64,000 nucleotides of DNA from Acutalibacteraceae bacterium. Lineage in GTDB: Bacteria > Bacillota > Clostridia > Oscillospirales > Acutalibacteraceae. The position numbers were made by a program, and so were the translations under genes. A model generated the notes under the pieces. That model worked only from the letters and a program-made list of their open reading frames with translations, was not told the origin of the DNA and searched no databases. The DNA lies in assembly GCA_045538015.1 (NCBI GenBank), contig JAZSQO010000008.1, forward strand, positions 1,759 through 65,758. Reading direction: 5' to 3'. Every line of letters begins with the position of its first letter. The stretch's first letter is position 1. This document shows positions 34,797 to 44,422 of this stretch, piece after piece.

Positions 34797-36386
34797 TCAG
34801 CTCTCGCTGACGGTCACGCCGTTCTGGCGGGCGGCGTCAAGCAGATCCTGAGCCGGTGAGCGCCTGGCCTCGGCGCTCCGCGAGGTGGGGTTGTAGGGCC
34901 CCAGAGAGTATTCTCTGCCCAGCACGGTCTGCATGGCCTGCCGGATGGATGTGCGGGCGGTGTCTCTGCGCAGAAGACTGCGCGCCATTTCGGTTGTATC
35001 CAGAAGCAGCATATTGTCCACCACATAGGCGCTCGAGCCGTTGAGCAGGGAGAAAAGGGCGCTGCTGCTCTTTTCCAGCTCGGCCATGATCTCGTTCCAC
35101 TTCTCGAAGGGCTGGGCGCGGTCGCTGAGCTGACGGATGCGCTCCAGCTGAGCCGGAGACATTCCCGTGTCCCGCTGAGGCGGCGGAGCCGGTCTGGGCT
35201 GGGCGGCGGGCACTCCCTCGCTCACCGCCTTTTCAAGGGCGGCAAGGCGCTTTTCGGCGGCCTCCATGCGGGCCTCGGAGGCGGCGGACCGGCCTTCCTC
35301 CTCGGCGCCCCGGCGGCACACACGCAGCAGGGCAAGCTCCAGCTCGGTGCGGCGATCCACACCCTTGCCCATGCGCTCAAGGGCAAGCTGAAGGGTATCC
35401 AGAATGCTCATTATGGCCGGCAGCGGATACTTTGCCGCGTCCTCCCGCAGGTGGGCGAGCTGTTCGGTGGTGGCGATGATTATCTGCTCGGGATGCTTTA
35501 CCGAGTTGATGACCATGAGCGAACGGTAGTGGCTTATCAGCTCGGAGCACAGGCGCTGCATATCCTTGCTGAGGCGGTGCAGCTCATCCACAAGAGCCAG
35601 CACGCCGGCGGCGTCCCGCTCGCGGATGGCGCCGGACAGCCGGAGGATGTACTCCGGGTCGGCAAGACCGGCGGCGTCCCGCACCGTTTCCTCGGTGACG
35701 GTGGTGTCCCGGGCCATGCACTGATCCAGCAGGGAGATGGCGTCGCGCATACCGCCGTCGGCTATGCGGCCGATGAGCAGGGCGGCGCTTTCGTCCAGTT
35801 CTCCGCCCTCGGTGGCGGCGATCTCGTGGAGACGGCCGGAGATATCCTCGGCGCAGATGCGGCGGAAGTCCATCCGCTGGCACCGGGAGAGGATGGTGGC
35901 GGGGATCTGGTGCACCTCGGTGGTGGCCAGAATGAATATCACATTGTCGGGCGGCTCCTCCAGAGTCTTGAGCAGAGCGTTGAAGGCGCTGGGGCTGAGC
36001 ATATGCACCTCGTCGATGATGTAGACCCGGTACTTGGCCTGAGTGGGCGGGAACATAAGCCGCTCCTGCAGGTCTCGCACATCGCCCACACCGTTGTTGG
36101 AGGCAGCGTCCATTTCCACGACCTCGTGGATGGTCTCCTCGTCGATGCCCCGGCATACCTGACACTCGTTGCAGGGATCGCCCTCCCTCGGGTTGAGGCA
36201 GTTGACCGCCTTGGCCAGAATCTTGGCGCAGGTGGTCTTGCCTATGCCCCGGGAGCCGGTGAACAGATAGGCGTGAGCCAGCCGGTCGGACATGATCTGC
36301 CGCTTGAGCAGCTCGGTGACCTGAGGCTGTCCCCACACATCGGCAAAGCTCGCCGGGCGGTATTTTCGGTACAACACGCGGTACAT
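34797..36386 (-). CDS. dnaX: DNA polymerase III subunit gamma/tau
   Basis: 'YRKYRP.SF.DV.GQ......L' and 'HAYLFTGSRGIGKTTCAKILAKAVNC' are present, with zinc module 'CNECQVC'. ATG at 36386 follows RBS ggaggg. Confidence 0.93.
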   Translation of the reverse strand: MYRVLYRKYRPASFADVWGQPQVTELLKRQIMSDRLAHAYLFTGSRGIGKTTCAKILAKAVNCLNPREGDPCNECQVCRGIDEETIHEVVEMDAASNNGVGDVRDLQERLMFPPTQAKYRVYIIDEVHMLSPSAFNALLKTLEEPPDNVIFILATTEVHQIPATILSRCQRMDFRRICAEDISGRLHEIAATEGGELDESAALLIGRIADGGMRDAISLLDQCMARDTTVTEETVRDAAGLADPEYILRLSGAIRERDAAGVLALVDELHRLSKDMQRLCSELISHYRSLMVINSVKHPEQIIIATTEQLAHLREDAAKYPLPAIMSILDTLQLALERMGKGVDRRTELELALLRVCRRGAEEEGRSAASEARMEAAEKRLAALEKAVSEGVPAAQPRPAPPPQRDTGMSPAQLERIRQLSDRAQPFEKWNEIMAELEKSSSALFSLLNGSSAYVVDNMLLLDTTEMARSLLRRDTARTSIRQAMQTVLGREYSLGPYNPTSRSAEARRSPAQDLLDAARQNGVTVSES

Positions 36387-36419
36387 GGCTCTGCCCTCCG
36401 TTTCACCCGGGTGATACAA

Positions 36420-36566
36420 AACGACCTGCACACCGACATACGGACACCAGGCTTGCTGCGCGCACATGGCTGGCCGCTTAATGCTGCTCGGTTCCCCGCC
36501 TGACATGGTTCACGGGGCCATGTCGCACAGGGCCCGATGTCCGTATGTCGGTATGCAGGCTCATTC
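36420..36566 (-). ncRNA. ffs: Signal recognition particle RNA, short (4.5S-like) form
   Basis: The minus strand reads 'gaaccatgtcaggcggggaaccgagcagcattaag', which is the conserved domain IV (GUCAGG...GGAA loop...AGCAGC). It is closed by a ~22-bp helix, cctgcataccgacatacggaca / tgtccgtatgtcggtgtgcagg. The position upstream of dnaX-ybaB-recR is canonical. Confidence 0.8.
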
Positions 36567-36574
36567 GCTATAGT

Positions 36575-36603
36575 ATTATACACTATGTCCGGGACTATTT
36601 CAA
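36575..36603 (-). promoter_or_regulatory. Candidate promoter of ffs
   Basis: Minus strand reads TTGAAA, 17 nt, TATAAT. Confidence 0.55.
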
Positions 36604-36667
36604 CTGTTTTTTTGATGTAAAGTGATTTTTGGCGCATTGTTTCCTGAAACGCCTTTTCCGGGGTGGC

Positions 36668-36846
36668 CTTCCCTCCCCGAAAAATTTATTATTTCTTATT
36701 TATTCCATATTCTTTATTCTTTAACCGGCATTCCGCACCGAGGTAACCTTCGTCGGAATCCGGCAGTAATTCACGGGCGATCAATGATCGCCCCTACGGA
36801 GTAAGCCGGAGGCTTTGCGCCGGGCGGATATGGAATCCGCGCCTAC
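36668..36846. repeat. Mosaic intergenic repeat, full copy (AT block + structured linker + P2 + linker + P1)
   Basis: The AT block is at 36682-36728, P2 at 36775-36797 and P1 at 36822-36846. Confidence 0.9.
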
Positions 36847-36886
36847 GGGATGGCGACGAAAGTTGCGCAGGCGCTGTCCCCCGGAA

Positions 36887-37384
36887 TCACTCCAGCTCCT
36901 CGATGTAGACGATGATGTTGTCTCCGCTCAGGGGCGCGCGGACATAGCCGATGCGCAGGTGCTGGCCGTTGCCTGTGATGACGCCGCCGTGGGAGAGGGC
37001 GTTGTGGTAGCCCTGAGTGATGGAATAATCGGAGTATTCAAACTCAACACCGCCGATAGTGAAGGATTCCATGGAATGTCCCTCGTAGGGCATCGGGTGG
37101 AAGTCCTCCACAAAGCCCTCCACGGTCTCGTAGTCGCCGTTCCGGTAGGCCTGCACAACATTTTTGTATCCGCTGACTTCGATCATCACGGATAAAAGGC
37201 AGAACAGCGCGGCTATCGCCGCTCCCACACCGCAGAACACCTTTACCGCCCTTTCGCCCAAGGGATGCTCTCCGTAGGTATGGGCGATGATCTTTGGCAT
37301 GAACAGCGCGAAGACCATGAGGAACAGAGGTGTGAGCAGCATGAAGTCGAAGGTGTAGGATGCTTCGTAGAGTACGGTTCCCAT
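36887..37384 (-). CDS. Hypothetical membrane protein
   Basis: RBS ggagg is present. Two or three N-terminal TM helices precede a soluble C-terminal domain. Confidence 0.6.
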   Translation of the reverse strand: MGTVLYEASYTFDFMLLTPLFLMVFALFMPKIIAHTYGEHPLGERAVKVFCGVGAAIAALFCLLSVMIEVSGYKNVVQAYRNGDYETVEGFVEDFHPMPYEGHSMESFTIGGVEFEYSDYSITQGYHNALSHGGVITGNGQHLRIGYVRAPLSGDNIIVYIEELE

Positions 37385-37403
37385 GGTGTGGCCTCCAATC
37401 AGA

Positions 37404-37640
37404 AAATTTATTATTTCTTATTTATTATGTATTCTTTATTCTTTAACGGACAGTGAGCAGTTAGGAAGCCACAGTGCGGATGCGGCGCGGTTTCGCTGGC
37501 GATCAATGATCGCCCCTACGGAGTGAACCGAAGGCTTTGCGGCGGGCGGATATGGAATCCGCCCCTACGAAAGAGGGCCGGAGGTTTTGCGCCGGGCGGA
37601 TATGGAATCCGCCCCTACAGCGGAACCCGGAGTTTTTGAA
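37404..37640. repeat. Mosaic intergenic repeat, longest copy (AT block + P2 + P1 + P1)
   Basis: The AT block is at 37404-37449 and P2 at 37497-37519. P1 is at 37544-37568 and at 37594-37618. The units are joined by 'ggagtgaaccgaaggctttgcggc'-type linkers. Confidence 0.9.
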
Positions 37641-37649
37641 TAGAACCTG

Positions 37650-37695
37650 ATAAATAAACCGCGCGGCCGTCCGATCGCTCAGACGGCCGCGCGGT
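37650..37695 (-). terminator. Intrinsic terminator of the 2231-aa gene
   Basis: accgcgcggccgtc / gacggccgcgcggt stem followed by 'tttattta' on the minus strand. Confidence 0.7.
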
Positions 37696-37726
37696 CATTA
37701 TTGTGCTGATTGCCTCTGAAGGGGAA

Positions 37727-40700
37727 TTATTCGTAGAACACTACGGTTCTGCCGCGGCGTCTGAGGTAGAGAACCACAAAGACGATGGACAGCAGAATGG
37801 CGTTTACGGCGATGGTGACTCCGGTGCCGGAGGTCATGGTGGTGTCGCCGGTCTTGGGGACTTCGCCGCCGGTGCCGGCACTTCTGGTGGTGACGGTGTA
37901 CTCACGGGCTATGGTGACTATGCCGTCGGCCTCCCATGTGGTGCCGTTGTGGGTGTAGCGCTGGAATTCCACCTTGAGGGTGTACTTGCCGGTCGCGGCC
38001 TGCTTGAAGGTGGCCGAGTAGGTGAAGGAGGGATCATCCTTGCCGCCCCAGTCGCCGGAGGGATCAGCGTGGTGCCAGTTGAGAGGCACATAGTACTGGT
38101 CGCCATTGATGTAGGTGGTGGCGCTGTCCGGCCAGGAGCCGATGGCGGTGAAGGTGATGTCCTCGTTGACGTAGAAGGTCTGGCCGTTCTTCATGTTTAC
38201 GCTGGCGGTGCCCACGATGGGCTCAGCCGCGAAGGTGACCTCGACGGCGGTATCAGCGGAGATGTCGGAGACGGTGAGGGCCTTGCCCTTGCCGGAGGCG
38301 GGCAGCTTGCTCACATCCACGGCAGTGCCGTTGACCTTGACGGAGGTGATCTCGTAGCGGTCGTTGTCGGGAGTCAGGGTGAAGGTGACATCCTCGCCCT
38401 CCACGGCCTCGACCTGAGAGGGAGTGACGGTGCCGCCGGCGGTGGCGGTGACGGTGACCTTATAGGTGGGCAGAGTCTCCCACTGGGCGGTCAGGGTGAC
38501 CTTGCCGCCGTTCTCAGCGGTCAGATTCTTCACGCTCTGGCCGTCGGTATACTCGTTGCCGTCGGCGTCCTTCCAGCCGGTGAATTCGCAGCCTTCCTTG
38601 GTGAAGGCGTTGGCGGTGAGATTCTGAGCCTCATCATAGGTGAAGGACTGGTCGGCCATGGTGCCTTCGCCGCCGTTGGCGTCAAAGGAAACGGTGTACT
38701 CGTTGGCCTCCCACTGGGCGGTGACGGTCATGTCCTCAGCGGGCATGACAGCGGGGAGCTCCTTGTCCCAGCCGGTGAAGGTGTAGCCTTCCTTGGTGGG
38801 ATCGGCGGGAGCGGTCACGGCGGTGCCGATGTCCTGAACGATGGGAGCGATGGCGGAGCCGCCGTCGGTGTCGAAGGTGATGGCGCGCTCGTTGGATCTC
38901 CACTGGGCGGTCAGGGTGACATCCTCGGCGTTTCTGACGATGGAATCAGCGGTGATCGCTTCGTCATCCAGCTTCCAGCAGACGAATTCGTAGCCGTCCT
39001 TGGTGGGAACGGGCAGCGTACCGTAAGCGGAATCGTAAACGACGGTCTTGCTGGCGGGATTGACCTCGCCGCCGTCGGCGTTGAAGGTGACGGTGTAGGT
39101 GTTGGCTTTCCACTGGGCCTTGACCTCCACATTCTCAGCGGGCATGGTGGAGGGAATCTCCTTGTCCCAGCCCTTGAAGGTGTAGCCGGTCTTGGTGGGA
39201 TCGGTGGGAGCAGTCACGTCAGTACCGAAGTCCTGAGTGATGGGATCAACAGCAGAACCGCCCTTGGTATCGAAGGTAATGGTGTACTGGTTGGGGTCCC
39301 ACTGAGCGGTGATGATCATATTCTTAGCGGGCATGGTGGCGGGAATCTCCTTGTCCCAGCCTGCGAAGGTGTAGCCTTCCTTGGTGGGATCGGCGGGAGC
39401 GGTCACATCAGTGCCGTAGTCCTGAGTGATGGGAGCGATAGTGGTGCCGCCCTGAGTGTCAAAGGTGATGGTATACTCATTGATCTTCCACTGAGCGGTG
39501 ATGGTCATGTCCTCAGCAGGCATGGTGGCGGGAATCTCCTCGTCCCAGCCGGCGAAGGTGTAGCCTTCCTTGGCGGGAGCGTTGGGAGCGGTCACGTCGG
39601 TGCCGTAGTCCTGAGTGATGGGGGCGATCTCGGTGCCGCCCTGAGTGTCAAAGGTAATGGTGTACTCATTGATCTCCCACTGAGCGGTGATGATCATGTC
39701 CTGAGCGGGCATGGTGGCGGGAATCTCCTTGTCCCAGCCGACGAAGGTGTAGCCTTCCTTGGCGGGATCGTTGGGAGCGGTCACATCAGTGCCGTAGTCC
39801 TGAGTGATGGGATCAACGGGAGAACCGCCATTGGTTTCGAAGGTGATGGTGTACTCGTTGGCGTCCCACTTGGCGGTGATGGTCATGTCCTCAGCGGGCA
39901 TGGTGGCGGGAATCTCCTTGTCCCAGCCGTCGAAGGCGTAGCCTTCCTTGGTGGGATCGGCGGGAGCGGTCACGTCAGTGCCAAAGGCCTGAGTGATGGG
40001 GGCGACGGGAGTACCGCCATTGGTATCGAAGGTAATGGTATACTTCTTGGCTTCCTTATCACCAAACTGAGCGGTGTACACAGCGTCGCCGGTCACGGCT
40101 TCGATGGCGGGATCCCAGCCGGTGAAGGTGTAGGTGTACTGGGCATCGTCGTCCTTGACGGGAGTGACGCCGGTGTAGGCGGGAGTTTTACCGTAGGCGA
40201 CGGTGTCGGTGGCCAGCGTGGAGCCGTCGTGGTTCTTCCAGAGCACAGTGTACTCTCTGGGAGTGGCGGTGAACTGGGCGGCGTAGGTGACGGTGCCGGT
40301 GACGATGTTGATCTCGGGATCCCAGCCGGCAAAGGTGTAATCCTCAGCGGCGGTGGATTCCTTGGCGGGCACGCCGTACTTGGCGGAATCGTAAGCGGGA
40401 ACGGTGCCGAAGAGGAGATCCTCGCTGTAGATAATCTCGTCGCCGTTCTTCCATGTTACGGTGTATTCTCTGGTGTCGTCGGTGTACTTGGCGGTGTAGG
40501 TAACATCGCCGGTGACCTCGGAGATAATGGGAGTCCAGCCGACAAAGGTGTAGTCCTTGGCGTCGTCGGAGGGCTTGGCAGGAGTGGCGCCGTCGTAGGT
40601 GGGAACGGTGCCGTAGGGAACATCGGTGTCCACCTCAAGCTCGGTGCCGTCCTCGTTCTGCCATGTGACGGTGAAGGTCTCGGCCTCCCACTGGGCATAG

Positions 40701-43700
40701 AGGGTGACGGTGCCGATATTATCGGTGTACAGATTCTTTACGGTCTGCTTGTCGGTGTAGGTGTTGCCCTCGGCGTCCTCCCAGCCGGTGAAGGTGTGGC
40801 CTTCTCTGGTGAAGGTGTTGGCGGACAGAGCCTGCTCAACATTATAGGTGAATATCTGAGCATCCATGGTTCCCTCGCCGCCGTTGGCGTCGAAGGCCAC
40901 GAGATACTCAAAGCTGTCGGCGTAGACCTGAGTCTTGGTGGTGACCAGTGTCAGGTCGGGATAGAGAGGATTGGTCATGGCGCAGTAGATCTCTTCGCCG
41001 TCAAGTTCGGGACCGAAGGAGAATTTGCCGCCATTCTCGGTGATGTATTCCGGCTCAACGGCGGTGCCGTCGGCGTAGTACCACTTGTAGGTAGTGGGAC
41101 TGCCGAAGGGCTCGGCCTCGGAGGAAAGATCCAGTATGCTGGTGGCCGCTACGGTCTCCTGAATCTTGTATTCGCCCTGAGGAGCGTAATCCTGATCAAC
41201 ATAATAATAGGGATTGTCAAAGGTCTTGTTGGGATCGAGCAGGGAGCTGAAGCCCAGGAAGTTGTTTTCGCAGGAGAGCGACATCATGTCGGGATTGGAG
41301 CTGAAGTCGAGGGAGGTCAGCTGGTTGCCCGAGCAGTGCAGCGCGCACATATCGGGATTCGCGGAGAAGTCGAAGGAAGATATCTGGTTGTTATTCACTG
41401 TCAGCGCATCCAGCTTGGGACAGGCGGAAGTGTCGATCTCGCTGAGGAGGTTGTCATTGGCCTCCACGATCAGCAGCTTGGGGTTACCGCTTATATCCAG
41501 CTCGGTCAGCTGGTTGTCGTTCAGAGTCACGAACTCCAGATCGGGCACGGAGCTGAGATCGATGGAGGTCAGGTTGTTGTCGGTAAGGTACAGCGCGTAA
41601 ATGTTCGGGCAGCCGGTCAGATCAATGGAGTCAATGCCGCAGCTTTCTATGCTCAGACCGCTGAGTTCAGGATTGTCCATCACCAGCTGATCAATAGCGC
41701 AGTTGGTAATGTACATCCAGTGGAGATTGTCAGCGGCGGTAACATCAACGCTGACAGCGCCGGTGCTGTTGGACAAATCCAACTGAGACATTTCTCTACC
41801 GGGTTCGGCGTATATGGTCACCGTACTTCCGAGGGTGACCGCGCTGTTAAAGTAATTGCCGACCTGTATCTCGCCGTTGCCAAAGTCCACATAGAAATCC
41901 GTATGGACAGGGGAGCTTTCAGATCCGCCGAAGACGCCGAGATCAAAGGCAGCACCCGGGCTGGCCACGGTGATGACCGCCTGAGGCAGCAGATCAATGG
42001 CCCACACGGCGTAGAGGGTCATGGTGTCCTGACCGGAGGTGAAGATATCCTTCACAGCGGCGCCGTCGGCATAGGCGACCTCTTTGGAGTCCTTGTCGGT
42101 GCTCCAGCCTTCAAAGCGGTAGTAATCTCTGGTAAATTCGTTGGCGTGCAGGATGTATTCAAAGCCGGATACCATGACCTGATCGAGCATGGTGCCCTCG
42201 CCGCCGTTGGCGTCAAAGCTGACGGTGCAGTATTCGTCATCCGACACAACGGTCACATCGGTGGTGAAGATGACAGTGTCGCCAAACTTGTCGTTGGCCA
42301 TGCCGGCCATGTAGGCGCGTCCGACATCCTCCTCAGTGAAGGTGACCACGGCATCCTCGCTGTAGAGGTTTTCCTCGTCGCCCTCAAGGGCGCCGACCTC
42401 GAACCAGCCGAACTCGGTGCCGTCGGTGTCGTAGGGAGCGAGGGTTTCCAGAGCCACTCCGGGCTCAATGGAGGCGGGAAGGACGATGGGAGCCTGATCC
42501 TTATAGTTGAAGTTCGTGTCCGCTCCGGGAACGGGCAGGGTGAGGAAGGTCAGGCAGTTTTCGCTCAGGTCGATCTCCTCCATCTGGGCGGGATCGCTGC
42601 CCAGAGTGACGGAGGAAATCCGGTTGCCCGACGCGGTCAGATTTTTCAGAGCGGTGCAGGCGCTCAGATCGAGCGTGGTCAGGTCGTTTCTGTCGCAGGA
42701 AAGCGTGGTCAGGTCAGAGCAGTCGGAAAGATCAAGGTCATAGTCACTCAGATTGTTCCCGGCGCAGGAAAGTATGGTCAGGTCAGAGCAGCCGGAAAGA
42801 TCAAGGTCATACAGATCGTTTTCGGCGCAGTGAAGCTCGGTCAGAGCAGGACAGCCGGAAAGATCAAGCTCAGACAGAGCACCGCCGGGGCAGCTCAGAC
42901 AGGTCAGAATGGGATGGCTGCCCAGTTCAAGGCCGATCAGCTCCGGACAGTTGGCAAGGATAGCCAGGTTGAGATTGCTCATGTGAGACAGATCCAGATA
43001 GGAAATATTCGTGTTGGAGCACAACAGAGTCATAAGGCTGGTGTTGGTGCTCACATTCAGATCAGCCAACGGATTACTTCCGCAGTCCAGATAGTAGAGA
43101 CTGGGAAGATGGCTGACATCAAGAATGAATATATCGTTATTCTTGCAGTTGAGCATCCCGAGGCTGTCGCAGCCGGTGGTGTCCAGCTCGAACAGATCGT
43201 TGTCCGCGCAGTTCACGTTGGTCAGCATTGAGGCTCCGGAGACAAGCAGCTCGTTCAGACCGCAGCCTTCGCAATCGATGGCGCTTACATAGCCGTTGCC
43301 GCGGGCGTCGATGGAGGAAAGTCCGGTGCCCTCGGCGTAGATGTCCACGCGCTTGCCGGCCACCACAAAGTCGTCGGTGTAGGGCACGATGTTGCCGTCA
43401 CCGCAGTCGATGTAGAGGTCTTCGGTGCCGCCGTCGGAGTTGCGCACCATGATGCCGCCGGGCTGGCCGATGCCGGGAGCATTGTAATCAAACCAGGCCA
43501 CCCGCTCCAGCTCCACGTCCAGAGTGGCGACGGAGACCTCGTAGTCGGTGGTGCCGTCTATTTCGATGACCAGAATGACCTCGCCCACAAAGGCGGACAT
43601 GGGCACGGCGTAGAGATAGCCGTCCTCGCCCAGCTCAACGGCAAGGCAGCTCTCGTCGCTGGAGCCGGCGGCGGTGACGGTGCCGGTGATACCCAGAGCC

Positions 43701-44422
43701 TTGGCAATGACGCCGATCTCCACGGCAACATCGCCGGCCATGGTGTAGTAATAGCCGCCGTGGGTCAGCTCGATGACGAAGATGGAGAAGGAGTCGGTGC
43801 TGACCGACACGCTGTCTCCGCTGACGACGGGAGCCATTTCCTCCGAGGAGGTCACGGCGTCGTTGACATGGTAGACGCTCACATCGGTGTTGGCGGGAAT
43901 GTCAGCCAGAGAGAAGCGCACGGACACGTTGCCGTAGGCGCTGTCGGGCTGGATCTCCTCGCCGTTCAGCATTACCTTGATATCAAAGGAATAGCAGTCG
44001 GAGTCCTTGTCGGCGCCGATGAGCTTTTCCACCTTTCCGCCGACAGCGGCGCCCAGAGCGGTGACGCTCAGCTCAGCACCGGCGGGGAACACGCCCACGG
44101 GAGCGGAAACGGTGACGGTGACACCGTTTGCCGCAGCCGACTGGGCAAAGACGGGATGGCTCTCGGTGATGTTCACGTCGGAGCCGGAGGTCGCGGCGTC
44201 AGAGCCGGAGACGCTCAGGTCGGAGAAGGACACCGGAGCCTCGCCGGTCTCCTCGGCGGAAAGGATATCCGAGCCGGACACCGCCGGGCCTGCCTCCGCC
44301 CGGGCGGAGATGAAGGGCAGCGTGGAGGCCGGGATGACCATGAACAGCATGGCCGCCATCAGCACCACCGCGGTGACCCTTCGGGCTTGTCTCTTCAGCA
44401 TTTCTGCCTTGGATCTACTCAT
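37727..44422 (-). CDS. Giant (2231 aa) cell-wall-anchored surface protein: two LRR blocks + >10 Listeria-Bacteroides (Flg_new) repeats + xPKTG sorting signal
   Basis: A signal peptide is present. LRRs read e.g. 'LTELHCAENDLYDLDLSGCSDLTILSCAGNNL'. Repeats read 'YTITFDTNGGTPVAPITQAFGTDVTAPADPTKEGYAFDGWDKEIPATMPAEDMTITAKW'. The C-terminus is 'VPKTGD', a TM helix and 'RRRGR'. Confidence 0.9.
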   Translation of the reverse strand: MSRSKAEMLKRQARRVTAVVLMAAMLFMVIPASTLPFISARAEAGPAVSGSDILSAEETGEAPVSFSDLSVSGSDAATSGSDVNITESHPVFAQSAAANGVTVTVSAPVGVFPAGAELSVTALGAAVGGKVEKLIGADKDSDCYSFDIKVMLNGEEIQPDSAYGNVSVRFSLADIPANTDVSVYHVNDAVTSSEEMAPVVSGDSVSVSTDSFSIFVIELTHGGYYYTMAGDVAVEIGVIAKALGITGTVTAAGSSDESCLAVELGEDGYLYAVPMSAFVGEVILVIEIDGTTDYEVSVATLDVELERVAWFDYNAPGIGQPGGIMVRNSDGGTEDLYIDCGDGNIVPYTDDFVVAGKRVDIYAEGTGLSSIDARGNGYVSAIDCEGCGLNELLVSGASMLTNVNCADNDLFELDTTGCDSLGMLNCKNNDIFILDVSHLPSLYYLDCGSNPLADLNVSTNTSLMTLLCSNTNISYLDLSHMSNLNLAILANCPELIGLELGSHPILTCLSCPGGALSELDLSGCPALTELHCAENDLYDLDLSGCSDLTILSCAGNNLSDYDLDLSDCSDLTTLSCDRNDLTTLDLSACTALKNLTASGNRISSVTLGSDPAQMEEIDLSENCLTFLTLPVPGADTNFNYKDQAPIVLPASIEPGVALETLAPYDTDGTEFGWFEVGALEGDEENLYSEDAVVTFTEEDVGRAYMAGMANDKFGDTVIFTTDVTVVSDDEYCTVSFDANGGEGTMLDQVMVSGFEYILHANEFTRDYYRFEGWSTDKDSKEVAYADGAAVKDIFTSGQDTMTLYAVWAIDLLPQAVITVASPGAAFDLGVFGGSESSPVHTDFYVDFGNGEIQVGNYFNSAVTLGSTVTIYAEPGREMSQLDLSNSTGAVSVDVTAADNLHWMYITNCAIDQLVMDNPELSGLSIESCGIDSIDLTGCPNIYALYLTDNNLTSIDLSSVPDLEFVTLNDNQLTELDISGNPKLLIVEANDNLLSEIDTSACPKLDALTVNNNQISSFDFSANPDMCALHCSGNQLTSLDFSSNPDMMSLSCENNFLGFSSLLDPNKTFDNPYYYVDQDYAPQGEYKIQETVAATSILDLSSEAEPFGSPTTYKWYYADGTAVEPEYITENGGKFSFGPELDGEEIYCAMTNPLYPDLTLVTTKTQVYADSFEYLVAFDANGGEGTMDAQIFTYNVEQALSANTFTREGHTFTGWEDAEGNTYTDKQTVKNLYTDNIGTVTLYAQWEAETFTVTWQNEDGTELEVDTDVPYGTVPTYDGATPAKPSDDAKDYTFVGWTPIISEVTGDVTYTAKYTDDTREYTVTWKNGDEIIYSEDLLFGTVPAYDSAKYGVPAKESTAAEDYTFAGWDPEINIVTGTVTYAAQFTATPREYTVLWKNHDGSTLATDTVAYGKTPAYTGVTPVKDDDAQYTYTFTGWDPAIEAVTGDAVYTAQFGDKEAKKYTITFDTNGGTPVAPITQAFGTDVTAPADPTKEGYAFDGWDKEIPATMPAEDMTITAKWDANEYTITFETNGGSPVDPITQDYGTDVTAPNDPAKEGYTFVGWDKEIPATMPAQDMIITAQWEINEYTITFDTQGGTEIAPITQDYGTDVTAPNAPAKEGYTFAGWDEEIPATMPAEDMTITAQWKINEYTITFDTQGGTTIAPITQDYGTDVTAPADPTKEGYTFAGWDKEIPATMPAKNMIITAQWDPNQYTITFDTKGGSAVDPITQDFGTDVTAPTDPTKTGYTFKGWDKEIPSTMPAENVEVKAQWKANTYTVTFNADGGEVNPASKTVVYDSAYGTLPVPTKDGYEFVCWKLDDEAITADSIVRNAEDVTLTAQWRSNERAITFDTDGGSAIAPIVQDIGTAVTAPADPTKEGYTFTGWDKELPAVMPAEDMTVTAQWEANEYTVSFDANGGEGTMADQSFTYDEAQNLTANAFTKEGCEFTGWKDADGNEYTDGQSVKNLTAENGGKVTLTAQWETLPTYKVTVTATAGGTVTPSQVEAVEGEDVTFTLTPDNDRYEITSVKVNGTAVDVSKLPASGKGKALTVSDISADTAVEVTFAAEPIVGTASVNMKNGQTFYVNEDITFTAIGSWPDSATTYINGDQYYVPLNWHHADPSGDWGGKDDPSFTYSATFKQAATGKYTLKVEFQRYTHNGTTWEADGIVTIAREYTVTTRSAGTGGEVPKTGDTTMTSGTGVTIAVNAILLSIVFVVLYLRRRGRTVVFYE

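Noticed and set aside
37703-43231. 1842-aa ORF on the plus strand
   Set aside because: It is a shadow of the 2231-aa LRR/Flg_new gene, for the same reasons as the ORF above.
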